Source: Thermoplasmata archaeon
GTDB taxonomy: Archaea > Thermoplasmatota > Thermoplasmata > Thermoplasmatales > Thermoplasmataceae
Direction of reading: 5' to 3'
Length of the DNA: 46,594 nt
Assembly (NCBI GenBank): GCA_021816745.1
Contig: JAKAWY010000003.1
Span: forward strand, 1-46,594
Shown here: in pieces, positions 37,364-46,391 of the stretch
How positions within the stretch are numbered: position 1 is the stretch's first letter
Layout: each line of letters opens with the position of its first letter
The notes under the pieces: model-generated
What the model was told of the DNA's origin: nothing
Database searches by the model: none
The model's input: the letters and a program-made list of their open reading frames with translations, nothing else
Made by a program: the position numbers and the translations under genes

Positions 37364-38536
37364 ATGGATAACGTCAAACTGGTAACAATGGCATCGGCCT
37401 TCAGGGGCCTTGGATTTTCATCCATATGGATCTACAGTTCCATATACATGAACAGTTTCCTGAAGCTACCGACCATCTTCATTTCCGTGGTATTTCTTGT
37501 GGGTGGTCTTTTTTCGTCCATTTCTCAATATGCAGGAGGAAGGCTTGGTGATCTGGTGGGCCACAAACCTGTTTACAATCTTTTCATGTTCCTGTCATTT
37601 CTTGCAAGCCTCTTTTATTCCATATCCCCTGTGATCACTGGATCCCAGTTTTATTATTCCATTATCCTTGGAATAATCATGATCATGAACGGCCTGCAGT
37701 CTCCCTCATCCAATGCACTGGTTTCCCAGTCAAGCCAGGTGCAGCTGAAGGGTTTTTCTATCCTCAGGGTTGGGAATAATCTTGGGTGGGGTTTCGGGCC
37801 TGCCATAGGAGGATTTATTCTTTCCTTTCTGGGATTTCAGTATCTGTTCTACTTCTTCACCATATTTTCACTGCTGTCTTTTCTGATTACCCTGTTTGTC
37901 AGCAGAATTGAGGCCAAACCCACAGTGAAGCAGATTAACTTCAGGACTAGCAACGTTGCGTTAATCATTTTGTCTTTTTCTGCCATGTTCCTATTCATGG
38001 TACAAGCACAGGAAACAATCTCACTTTCCATATATTCCAATGAGATTTTCTCAGGCACTTATTACAACATAGGAATCATTTACATGATCAATGGTCTGCT
38101 TGTGGTAATTACACAACCGATATTCTACAAACTGGCCAAACGGACAGGAGAATATATATCGCTGACTCTGGGTGGCCTGATCTATACCCTGGGATTTATG
38201 ACATACGGCCTTGATTCAAACCTATGGCAGATGATCATATCCACGGCAATCCTGACCTTTGGGGAAAACATGGCTTTTCCCACGGGGTATTCTATTATCG
38301 CAGAGATATCAAGAAAGGAGAGGATTGGGACCAATATTGGCATTTACAATGCCTTCATCTCCATAGGAAGGGCCACTGGACCATTACTTGGAGGTTACTT
38401 TTTACCTCTGGTGTCAAATCACCTTTTATTATGGACACTGGTAACCATACCTGGGTTTGCGGCTACAATAATCCTTATCCTGTCCATCAGGGTCATTGAG
38501 GATTACAGGCATCGTTTCAACTCACCGGTTAGTTGA
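37364..38536 (+). CDS. major facilitator superfamily transporter
   Basis: 390 aa with ~12 hydrophobic helices and an MFS-like loop GGRLGDLVGHK between helices 2 and 3. Confidence 0.7.
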   Translation: MDNVKLVTMASAFRGLGFSSIWIYSSIYMNSFLKLPTIFISVVFLVGGLFSSISQYAGGRLGDLVGHKPVYNLFMFLSFLASLFYSISPVITGSQFYYSIILGIIMIMNGLQSPSSNALVSQSSQVQLKGFSILRVGNNLGWGFGPAIGGFILSFLGFQYLFYFFTIFSLLSFLITLFVSRIEAKPTVKQINFRTSNVALIILSFSAMFLFMVQAQETISLSIYSNEIFSGTYYNIGIIYMINGLLVVITQPIFYKLAKRTGEYISLTLGGLIYTLGFMTYGLDSNLWQMIISTAILTFGENMAFPTGYSIIAEISRKERIGTNIGIYNAFISIGRATGPLLGGYFLPLVSNHLLLWTLVTIPGFAATIILILSIRVIEDYRHRFNSPVS

Positions 38537-38555
38537 AATTCAAGAATGTAGATAA

Positions 38556-40382
38556 TTAATTGTTTTCCATTACCTCATTGAGCCTGCATATGGACCTTAT
38601 GACACCGAGATGAGTGATGGCCTGGGGGAAGTTTCCAATAAGCTCATTGGTTTCCATTTCCACCTCTTCAGAAAAGAGGTAAAGGTGATTGCCGTAACTT
38701 ATTATTTTTTCAAGCACTTTCCTTGCCTCTTCAGTTTCCCCTGTTTCAGTAAGGTATTCCACGTACCAGAAAGACATCAATAGAAATGCATTATCCTTGC
38801 ATTTCAGCCCATCATCGTTGTTGTATCTCCTGAACAGATAGTTTTCGTTCATCAATTCTCCCTTGATTCTCTCAACTGTTTTTTTGCATATGGGATCATC
38901 CGGGGGAAGGAAACCGGTAAGGGGTATTCTTATGAGTGAACTGTCCACGTCAGTTGAGCCGTAATACTGTACAAAAGATCCTGTTTCCTGATCAACTCCA
39001 TAGGTCAGAATATCCTGTTTTATGGTGTCTCTTACAGTTTCCCAGTGCTTGTAATTCCCTCCAAAATTTAACAGGTGTCCAAGCTTGATGGCACGATCAA
39101 AACCCAGCCAGCACATTATTTTTGAATAAGTGTAATGTTTAGGCTCTGTTCGGAACTCCCATATGCTTGAATCAGGTATATTCCAGACCTTCTCAATTTT
39201 GTCCAGCAGTTTTACAATAAAATCCCACATGTAGGAATTAACAATTCCACCGATTTCTGCCACGTTGTAAATAGCATTGATAAAAGAACCATAAACATCA
39301 AGCTGGAATTGTTCAGCGGCAAGATTTCCTATCCTTACTGGTTTGGATCCAAGGTATCCGGAATAATCAATGGATTTTTCCCTTAATACAGAATCTCTCT
39401 CAATTCCATAAAGTACCTTTATATCCCCCTGGCTTTCAATTATATCCATCATATCATAAAGATAGTTGGTGGACACCTGCTTAAATCCCATCATTGCCAG
39501 TGCCTGAATCACGTATGAGGTATCCCTTACCCATGAGAATCTGTAATCCCAGTTTCTTTCACCTCCAATGCATTCTGGTAGACTGGATGTGGGGGCCGCC
39601 ACCATCATTCCAGATGGATCATGAAATAGTGATCTCAGGGTTATGGCCGATCTCATGGCCACCTCTTTCATTATGCCTTCATAGGTACCCAGGGATGCAA
39701 AATTCTTCCAGTATTCAATGGTTTCTTTCAGCCTGTATTCACTCTGGTAATTCTCAATCCTGTCTTCCCTTCTCATTCCGTAGGAAATGACCAGGTAGCA
39801 TTTCTGTCCTTTTTTAAGTGTTATGATACCCTTACCATCATCAGGAATCCAGTCAATTTCCATGGATGAAAACAATCCTGATATCCTGTCGTTTTTCCTG
39901 AAAATAACCTTTCTTGATGTCTTGAATACTTCTTTGGGGGAGAGCATATAATCCATGGTGGGTTTGAAAATAACCTCAATCTCACAATCTTCAACTGCCT
40001 CTATAATCCTGTGCAACTCGGGAAAATTAATGCTTGCATAATCAGTAACAGGCATGAAATCGGTCATCAAAATAATCTGGGCATTATTGTGATAGATTTT
40101 AGTTTCCAGCACAAGCGTGTCATCAATATAATTCTGCTCTGAACTGAGGTTCTGCATATTTCTTAAATTAGTCTGGAATGAACCACCCTTGAAAGAATCA
40201 AGTATTGAATCAAAAACAGGATCAGATGAGAAATTTGGTAGACATAGCCAGTCAACAGTACCGTCAACTCCTACAAGAGCTGCACTTCTGTTGTTTGCCA
40301 CCATCCCATGATATTTGATCTTAACAAAATTATCCTGTCGAATATCGTCTATGTTTATTCTTTCATTCATGGAGTTTTCCAT
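38556..40382 (-). CDS. glycoside hydrolase family 15 (glucoamylase/trehalase-like)
   Basis: Catalytic-region signature VAAPTSSLPECIGGERNWDYRFSWVRDTSYV and a 608-aa length typical of archaeal GH15 enzymes. Confidence 0.85.
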   Translation of the reverse strand: MENSMNERINIDDIRQDNFVKIKYHGMVANNRSAALVGVDGTVDWLCLPNFSSDPVFDSILDSFKGGSFQTNLRNMQNLSSEQNYIDDTLVLETKIYHNNAQIILMTDFMPVTDYASINFPELHRIIEAVEDCEIEVIFKPTMDYMLSPKEVFKTSRKVIFRKNDRISGLFSSMEIDWIPDDGKGIITLKKGQKCYLVISYGMRREDRIENYQSEYRLKETIEYWKNFASLGTYEGIMKEVAMRSAITLRSLFHDPSGMMVAAPTSSLPECIGGERNWDYRFSWVRDTSYVIQALAMMGFKQVSTNYLYDMMDIIESQGDIKVLYGIERDSVLREKSIDYSGYLGSKPVRIGNLAAEQFQLDVYGSFINAIYNVAEIGGIVNSYMWDFIVKLLDKIEKVWNIPDSSIWEFRTEPKHYTYSKIMCWLGFDRAIKLGHLLNFGGNYKHWETVRDTIKQDILTYGVDQETGSFVQYYGSTDVDSSLIRIPLTGFLPPDDPICKKTVERIKGELMNENYLFRRYNNDDGLKCKDNAFLLMSFWYVEYLTETGETEEARKVLEKIISYGNHLYLFSEEVEMETNELIGNFPQAITHLGVIRSICRLNEVMENN

Positions 40383-40472
40383 GAAATCATCTATTATAAC
40401 AATGATCTCTTTTTATTTAATTCAGGGTGCACAATGGAAAAATCTTTTTATAATCTAATGATTACGGGAACA

Positions 40473-40575
40473 CCCGGCTTAGCTCAGTTGGTAGAGCGAC
40501 GGACTGTAGAGGGTAGTACGGGGAGTATAATCCGCCGTAATCCGTAGGTCTCTGGTTCAAATCCGGAAGCCGGGA
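40473..40575 (+). tRNA. tRNA-Tyr (anticodon GTA) with ~30-nt intron after position 37
   Basis: Acceptor CCCGGCT/AGCCGGG, D-arm GCTC-AGTTGGTA-GAGC, anticodon stem ACGGA…TCCGT with loop CTGTAGA. The stem is interrupted by AGGGTAGTACGGGGAGTATAATCCGCCGTA (about 40510..40539). T-arm TCTGG-TTCAAAT-CCGGA. Confidence 0.8.
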
Positions 40576-40745
40576 TCCCAAATAATTGAAAATTAGTTTG
40601 AATAACACTGAATTCATCAATCATAACACTCAACGTAAAATTTTAAAAAAATCCTGTTTGTATAAGCGATTGTAAACTATAATTTCTCACATCTTTAATT
40701 TAATGAAACTTTCATTCAAAATTGTATTAATCTGAAGGGTATTAT

Positions 40746-41390
40746 TCAAAATTTTAGAAAATTTTTTAAATTTTCTAGCATAGTTTTATAGTTGTTTACG
40801 TATTTTTCAACGTCAGTTAAAAGATTTTCTGAGTTATTTGGATAAATATCGTAAGCAAACCACGTTGACAGGAGTTTTATTGCAATTGGATATATCTTTA
40901 TTTTTAATAAGATGGCCATTAATAGAATTTCTTTTTGACTAAAAACAATTTTTATTATTGAAGGTTTTTCCAAATTTATTGTATATCTCTTTACCCATTT
41001 TGCTGTTTTTCTAACAAGATGATTTACAGAATCCTCATCTTGGTTTATGGAGTTTGCAATAAGAATCATTCTTCTAGTTGAACTCATTGGCAATAAGATA
41101 AAATAATTATTCTCCCACAAATATTGTGAAAGAGTCATAAGGGCAGTTCTTTTATTACCATCAACAAATGGATGTAATCTGATTGCCAATTCCAATAAAG
41201 ATGCACCCTTTTCATAAATATTATCATAAATCTCTATTCCGGAAATAATAAGATCAGGTTTCTTGGCAATTTCATCAATAAATCCTTCGTTTATTATGCC
41301 GGGCTCTGTATTAGAGTTCTCTTTGCTGACATAATACTCATGAATATTTATAATATCTTCTTTTTCTAACAATTTGCTCAAGAAAATCAA
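40746..41390 (-). CDS. Doc/Fic-family toxin-like protein
   Basis: Doc-type active-site motif HPFVDGNKRTA in a 214-aa ORF that starts with TTG. Lies in an AT-rich segment downstream of tRNA-Tyr. Confidence 0.7.
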   Translation of the reverse strand: MIFLSKLLEKEDIINIHEYYVSKENSNTEPGIINEGFIDEIAKKPDLIISGIEIYDNIYEKGASLLELAIRLHPFVDGNKRTALMTLSQYLWENNYFILLPMSSTRRMILIANSINQDEDSVNHLVRKTAKWVKRYTINLEKPSIIKIVFSQKEILLMAILLKIKIYPIAIKLLSTWFAYDIYPNNSENLLTDVEKYVNNYKTMLENLKNFLKF

Positions 41391-41760
41391 AAAAAATTAA
41401 AGTTCTTTTAATCTCTCGAAGATAAACTTGTTTGTAGGTATCTCCATAAATCTTTCTATGAAATCTGATTTTTTCATGTTAGGATTTTTTACCAATCTGT
41501 TTTTCATAGGTACTCAAAAATTATATTATAAAGAATGGTATAAACATTTGTATTTTCAGTTCTGCTCTTTTCTTATAGAATAGTTGGGCTTCGGAAAATG
41601 ATCACTAGGTAAGCGAGCATTTCTCCGGAATAGATTCACATATGCTTGATTAAGTTACTCAATTTTTATTTATCTCAAATAATTCTTACATTTTTTATAT
41701 GGAACATAATGCTCTCCCTCTTTGGTAAAGTATAATATATAGACACATGCTCACATTAGA

Positions 41761-42405
41761 ATGGGTGGAGTAACAACATACTATAACAAATATGTAAATG
41801 AGATGAAGGAAAAGCAAAAAAAGAGATTAGCACCTTTACAGTTGGTAAGTAAAATAGAAGAATTTCTCGTCAAGGAATTCGCCAATTTTGTCATTTCAGA
41901 ATCCTCTGGAAAAGACTTTGTGTTAACAAATTATGGTTGCAAAGGTGAACCGAGAATAGATATGTGTTTTATTACAGGAGAACATAAAAAACCATATATC
42001 TATGGCATGTTGGAGGCAAAGTATTTTAGAAATATTCACAGAATTACTGAAGTAAGCAAGGCAAGGGATGAATTAAGTGGAGGTCTAAATAGTCTTCATA
42101 AGCAGATCGGCAATTACCCAAAGGATAAACATTGCGATTTGGAAGTAAGACTCAATTCCAAGGAGAATCGTATTTACGGTATGGTATTTGCTTCTCATGT
42201 AACATACAAGGAAAAAAAGGATTCTGATTGCAATGAGTTTTTTGATATTATTTGTAATAAGGCCAAATCCAAGTTTGTGTTTTACGATCTGAAGGATCAG
42301 AATCCTCGATTAGATACAGTATATGAAAGAGAGGAAGTCCAGGTTCTTGGCAATACTGCATATGCAACTTTAAAAGTTGGGTTATGGGTAAAAAAACAAG
42401 AATAA
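41761..42405 (+). CDS. hypothetical protein with possible PD-(D/E)xK nuclease-like core
   Basis: 214 aa. The PRIDMCFI…IYGMLEAKYF spacing resembles a D…(D/E)xK restriction-endonuclease-fold motif. Weak. Confidence 0.35.
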   Translation: MGGVTTYYNKYVNEMKEKQKKRLAPLQLVSKIEEFLVKEFANFVISESSGKDFVLTNYGCKGEPRIDMCFITGEHKKPYIYGMLEAKYFRNIHRITEVSKARDELSGGLNSLHKQIGNYPKDKHCDLEVRLNSKENRIYGMVFASHVTYKEKKDSDCNEFFDIICNKAKSKFVFYDLKDQNPRLDTVYEREEVQVLGNTAYATLKVGLWVKKQE

Positions 42406-42621
42406 ATTAACACTTGAAACGATTTTTGTGGAAATACCTCTAATAGACACCCTATATTCATTATTTATTCTCATTTCAACGCATGTTACAATTTGTCATT
42501 GACCGGGAAATTGTTTCATCCCGTTTTGCAATATCTAGTATTATCTTGTTTCCCGTGATTACATTTATCTTTTCTTTGATTAATTTTATATACATTCAAG
42601 CAGTTATACTTTCGTAAAATT

Positions 42622-42855
42622 ATGAATTTTTGGGAAACTTTGACTTTTGGATTTGTTATGCTGGGATCATTTTGTTTAATGCTTGGTGTTTTCCTCTCGA
42701 CCTGGGCCTATAACGGGGGCATTAACGTACCCATTGGTGTCTATGCGGGGACTTCATTTTTTAACGATGGAATGGGTCTATTTTTTGTATTTTTGGTTGC
42801 TGGACTACTTATAAACCTGCTCACAGGGAAGAATTTCCATAAAACATACCCTTAA
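42622..42855 (+). CDS. small two-helix membrane protein
   Basis: 77-aa ORF with two hydrophobic helices, in an AT-rich region. Could be spurious. Confidence 0.3.
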   Translation: MNFWETLTFGFVMLGSFCLMLGVFLSTWAYNGGINVPIGVYAGTSFFNDGMGLFFVFLVAGLLINLLTGKNFHKTYP

Positions 42856-43232
42856 GTTTAATTTTTAAAGCAATTGTATTTGGAATAACCTTGAAATAGG
42901 GATTATTCAATCAATTTTTCCGTTCAACAATTCATTTTTTAAAATTAATTGAAATAATTTCACAAATTAAACGAAGATGTAAGGTATTAGAATCGGATTA
43001 GTTTCTTAAATTCTTATGCATTTCAGGGAGTATTTATTTGTATCAAGAAATATTTATTAAAAATTAAAATTAAATATTTTAAATTTAGAATAAAGCGGTT
43101 GCTCCTAATTCTGCAATTGAGTTTTGATTTAATTAATATTATTTTTTATTTATGATATTTAAATTATTCAGTGTTACACTTGATTAATAGAACATTTAGC
43201 AACTCTTTATTGCCTCACATTTAAGGTTATTA

Positions 43233-43245
43233 GGTTATATTTTGT
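43233..43245 (+). promoter_or_regulatory. TATA-box candidate for the respiratory cluster
   Basis: GTTATATTTTG lies ~26 nt upstream of the ATG at 43264, at the end of a 400-nt AT-rich intergenic region. Confidence 0.3.
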
Positions 43246-43263
43246 TCCTATATTTTTAACCTG

Positions 43264-43923
43264 ATGCCAATGAATGAGAAAACATTCTACGCCATTATTT
43301 TAGCCATTGTCGTCGTAGGCGGCATAGGAATAGGAATAGCATATGAGCACCCAGCATCTGTTTCTTCAGGTTCTTCTGCAACACCAGGTCCTTACCACCT
43401 GACATTAGCAGTATTTCCACATCTGGTATACAATGCAACACAGACAAACGAACCCGCCTTCTTTGTAATCAGCAATGGAACTTTACAATCATCTGTCAAT
43501 ATTACAGTTCCATCGCATGTGTTGATTGATCTTACAATTATCGATTATGACTCAGGACCTGGAACAGGAACTCCCTCTTCATACCTCAACGTTACCGGTA
43601 CTGTCGGAAATGTAGTATATCTGACGAACAGAACACTTGCAACCGGTGGAACCACTGCTGTAGGAACTCAGAACATAACCGTTCTTGGAAACACCACCAT
43701 GAAGATTTCAACAATGTCAATCAATGATATTGCACACACCTTTACAGTTGGAGGGTTAGATGGAATTGGGCAGGATCTAAATATACCGGTTGGGCATGGT
43801 GTGGAATTTACACAGTTCTATGCTAACAATACGGGAAAATATATGTGGATGTGCCATGTTCCATGTGGTCCTGCTGCAATGTCCACCATGGGATGGATGA
43901 TGGGTAATTTCTACGTTAGCTAA
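43264..43923 (+). CDS. membrane-anchored cupredoxin-like copper protein (sulfocyanin-like / CuA-like)
   Basis: N-terminal anchor helix FYAIILAIVVVGGIGIGIAY. C-terminal Cu-site-like segment AHTFTV…MWMCHVPCGPAAMSTMGWMMG containing His, two Cys and Met residues. Many N-x-S/T sequons indicate an extracellular location. Confidence 0.5.
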   Translation: MPMNEKTFYAIILAIVVVGGIGIGIAYEHPASVSSGSSATPGPYHLTLAVFPHLVYNATQTNEPAFFVISNGTLQSSVNITVPSHVLIDLTIIDYDSGPGTGTPSSYLNVTGTVGNVVYLTNRTLATGGTTAVGTQNITVLGNTTMKISTMSINDIAHTFTVGGLDGIGQDLNIPVGHGVEFTQFYANNTGKYMWMCHVPCGPAAMSTMGWMMGNFYVS

Positions 43924-43938
43924 TCTGGTGTTGGTAAC

Positions 43939-44694
43939 ATGAGTGAACCTAATAAGAATCAAGATTTGAATGCACCCAACAGTGCCTCCAGAAGAACCTT
44001 TTTAAAGGTTATGGCTGGCATTGGAATTGGTGCAGTCGCTGTTGGTCTTGGTCGTGGTGCTATACAAAACATTATTCCAGCAAGTGTAGGGGTATCTGGA
44101 TATCCCACACTCACTTTATATAAAAGTACAACTGGCACCCCACTTCAGATTTCTGATCTGACTGTCAATAATCCCGCAGCAGTAATATTCAGCTACCCAT
44201 TGCAGAATGAGCCCAATTTTATTTTAAGGCTTGGCGATTCTTCAAACAATGATGTTTCCTTAAATCCATACAAGGTTCAGATACCTGCCACAGGAGGAAC
44301 CTACACAGCACCGGGTGGAGTTGGCCCATATGGTTCAGTCATAGCATATAGCGCAGTATGCCAGCATCTTGGTGGAACCCCGCCGTCGATTCATTATTAC
44401 CCGCCAGGAACCACAATTCCAAATCACCCAGGACATTCCGGATCCAATAATACGGGGTTTATCAACTGCATATTACACGGAAGCACATACGATCCATTCA
44501 AGGGATGTTCAGTAGTTACTATTCCGACAAAATCACCACTACCAAGCGTTGTATTAGCGTATGATACCACAAAACAGACTTTTTCTGTCAGTTCGTTGGT
44601 TGGCCCGACCATACAAGGACATACAAGCAACTTAACGGGAGGGAGTCCATTGCCATCTTCCAGTTCCACAGAGGTTACCACGATTGCTGTCTGA
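43939..44694 (+). CDS. Tat-exported Rieske [2Fe-2S] protein
   Basis: Twin-arginine signal SRRTFLKVMAG. Rieske boxes CQHLGG and CILHGS (C-x-H … C-x-x-H) spaced 31 residues apart. Confidence 0.75.
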   Translation: MSEPNKNQDLNAPNSASRRTFLKVMAGIGIGAVAVGLGRGAIQNIIPASVGVSGYPTLTLYKSTTGTPLQISDLTVNNPAAVIFSYPLQNEPNFILRLGDSSNNDVSLNPYKVQIPATGGTYTAPGGVGPYGSVIAYSAVCQHLGGTPPSIHYYPPGTTIPNHPGHSGSNNTGFINCILHGSTYDPFKGCSVVTIPTKSPLPSVVLAYDTTKQTFSVSSLVGPTIQGHTSNLTGGSPLPSSSSTEVTTIAV

Positions 44695-44703
44695 GGTGTT
44701 CAA

Positions 44704-46329
44704 ATGAGTGAAAATGAAAAATATGAAACTAGTAATGAAATCATAAAGATCATGAATGATCCACAGCCATTTCCAAGGAAGGTTCCTGATTATATGAGGG
44801 GAAAAGGCGGATTGTGGTACTGGACAGGTGCTATTCTAATGTTTGCATTTTTATATGAAGCCGTAACAGGTCTCATTCTTCTGTTTGCATATATCCCTTC
44901 AGCTGCATATTCCAGTACTGAATATTTCCTGAACAGCACACCATACGGAATGATCATTTTGACAACGCATCTTTATGGTGCATACGTTATGATCGCAGTG
45001 CTCTATTTGCACCTTTTAAGGAACCTGTTTGTAGGTGCTTACAAGAAACCCAGGCAAAATCAATGGTTTTTGGGTGTTTTACTTTTGTTGATGACCATAG
45101 GAGTTGGATTCTTTGGTTATTCCATGAGTGGTGATGTATTATCTATAAATGCAACAGGTGTAGGAAAGGGAATTGCTGCAGATGTCCCCTACATGGGTGA
45201 TTATTTGAAAAGAATATTCTTTGGAAATGGTACTACTACATCACTTTTCCAGAGAATGCTTGGATGGCATGTGGTTCTTGTTGTACTGATTGGTGTTCTT
45301 TTTGCTTTGCACTTCTTCCTGGCTGAATACAATACCATAATGCCAAAAAGATCAGAAGCAAATTACACAGCACCTGCAGTGGACAAAGAGAGTTCCGCAT
45401 ACAAAGCTTGGTTCCCTTACAATATGCTTTACATGGTGCAGATTGCACTTTATACATTTGCCCTGATTCTGATAATTCCGTCTTTCCTTGCTGCTTTACC
45501 AAATTCCGACGTACCTATGCTATTCAGCCCATTTCCACAGGTTGCTGCCAATGCTCCATTCGGAGGTCCATTTTACCCGCCATGGTTTTTACTCTTTGTG
45601 TACAAAGCCATGGATTTCGATCTTCCACTTAACCCTCTATGGATGACAGTGGTATTTGGTGGAATTCCTGTTCTTTACGTTTTCTTCCTTCCTTGGATCG
45701 ACAGAAACAAATCACTTTCAATACTTGACAGGCCAATCACAGTTTCACTTTCCGTAGTGGGTACAGTCTATCTCATATTGATGTCGGTATGGGGTGGAGT
45801 TGCTGCAGGACAGCCAATATCTGCTGCAATAGTGGCTGCATTCTTTTTGGGTATAGGAATCCCTGTCTTCATTGTAGTATGGCTTGCTATCTGGTCCATA
45901 AAGAACGACAAGGTAAATCTCAGCGAACCCGGAAAATCATATCTTTTGCTTGCCTTGACAGGTATATTTGCATTCGCTACAGGATCCTTCATAATACCCT
46001 CCATTGAAAGCGGTGCATCAATTTACACTATTCCACTCATCTTCTTTGCATCAATCACTGCTTATCTTGTGTTCATGGACTTCATAATCATCAGGCCAAA
46101 GGGCGTCGAACTTACACTTTTCAATGACGACAGGAAATTCAGGCCTTTCACTTATACTATCATTTCTGCCATCCTTGTGTTTGCAGCAGTTGCAATCTTA
46201 ACAATCATCAGTTTCCTTGACCCCACAAACGTTGCACAGGAATCCGGATATGGACTTGGACTGGGACTACTTCTGTTCATAAGCGGAACACTGATAAAGA
46301 TATACAGAACAACAGAATACGCAGAATAA
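44704..46329 (+). CDS. cytochrome b of a bc-type (quinol-oxidising) complex
   Basis: Two His pairs separated by 14 residues in consecutive helices (HLYGAYVMIAVLYLH and HVVLVVLIGVLFALH), as expected for the bL/bH heme ligands. 541 aa with a long hydrophobic C-terminal extension. Confidence 0.85.
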   Translation: MSENEKYETSNEIIKIMNDPQPFPRKVPDYMRGKGGLWYWTGAILMFAFLYEAVTGLILLFAYIPSAAYSSTEYFLNSTPYGMIILTTHLYGAYVMIAVLYLHLLRNLFVGAYKKPRQNQWFLGVLLLLMTIGVGFFGYSMSGDVLSINATGVGKGIAADVPYMGDYLKRIFFGNGTTTSLFQRMLGWHVVLVVLIGVLFALHFFLAEYNTIMPKRSEANYTAPAVDKESSAYKAWFPYNMLYMVQIALYTFALILIIPSFLAALPNSDVPMLFSPFPQVAANAPFGGPFYPPWFLLFVYKAMDFDLPLNPLWMTVVFGGIPVLYVFFLPWIDRNKSLSILDRPITVSLSVVGTVYLILMSVWGGVAAGQPISAAIVAAFFLGIGIPVFIVVWLAIWSIKNDKVNLSEPGKSYLLLALTGIFAFATGSFIIPSIESGASIYTIPLIFFASITAYLVFMDFIIIRPKGVELTLFNDDRKFRPFTYTIISAILVFAAVAILTIISFLDPTNVAQESGYGLGLGLLLFISGTLIKIYRTTEYAE

Positions 46330-46336
46330 TCTAACC

Positions 46337-46367
46337 GGCATGCATTCATGCATGTCCTATTTTTTTA
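46337..46367. terminator. palindrome plus T-tract between convergent genes
   Basis: GCATGCATTCATGCATG inverted repeat followed by a T7 run, between the cytochrome b gene (+) and the HAD gene (-). Confidence 0.3.
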
Positions 46368-46391
46368 TTAATAATCTAGAAATGACAAAAA

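Noticed and set aside
40308-40547. 79-aa plus-strand ORF spanning the GH15 start region and tRNA-Tyr
   Set aside because: Overlaps a confidently folded tRNA and the 5' end of the glucoamylase gene.
2426-41390. Frequent non-ATG (TTG/GTG) starts in the ORF track (2426, 10706, 21743, 41390)
   Set aside because: The supplied track opens ORFs at any start-like codon. Only 10706 (stop-start abutment) and 41390 (no alternative) are taken at face value; the others were re-assigned or flagged.
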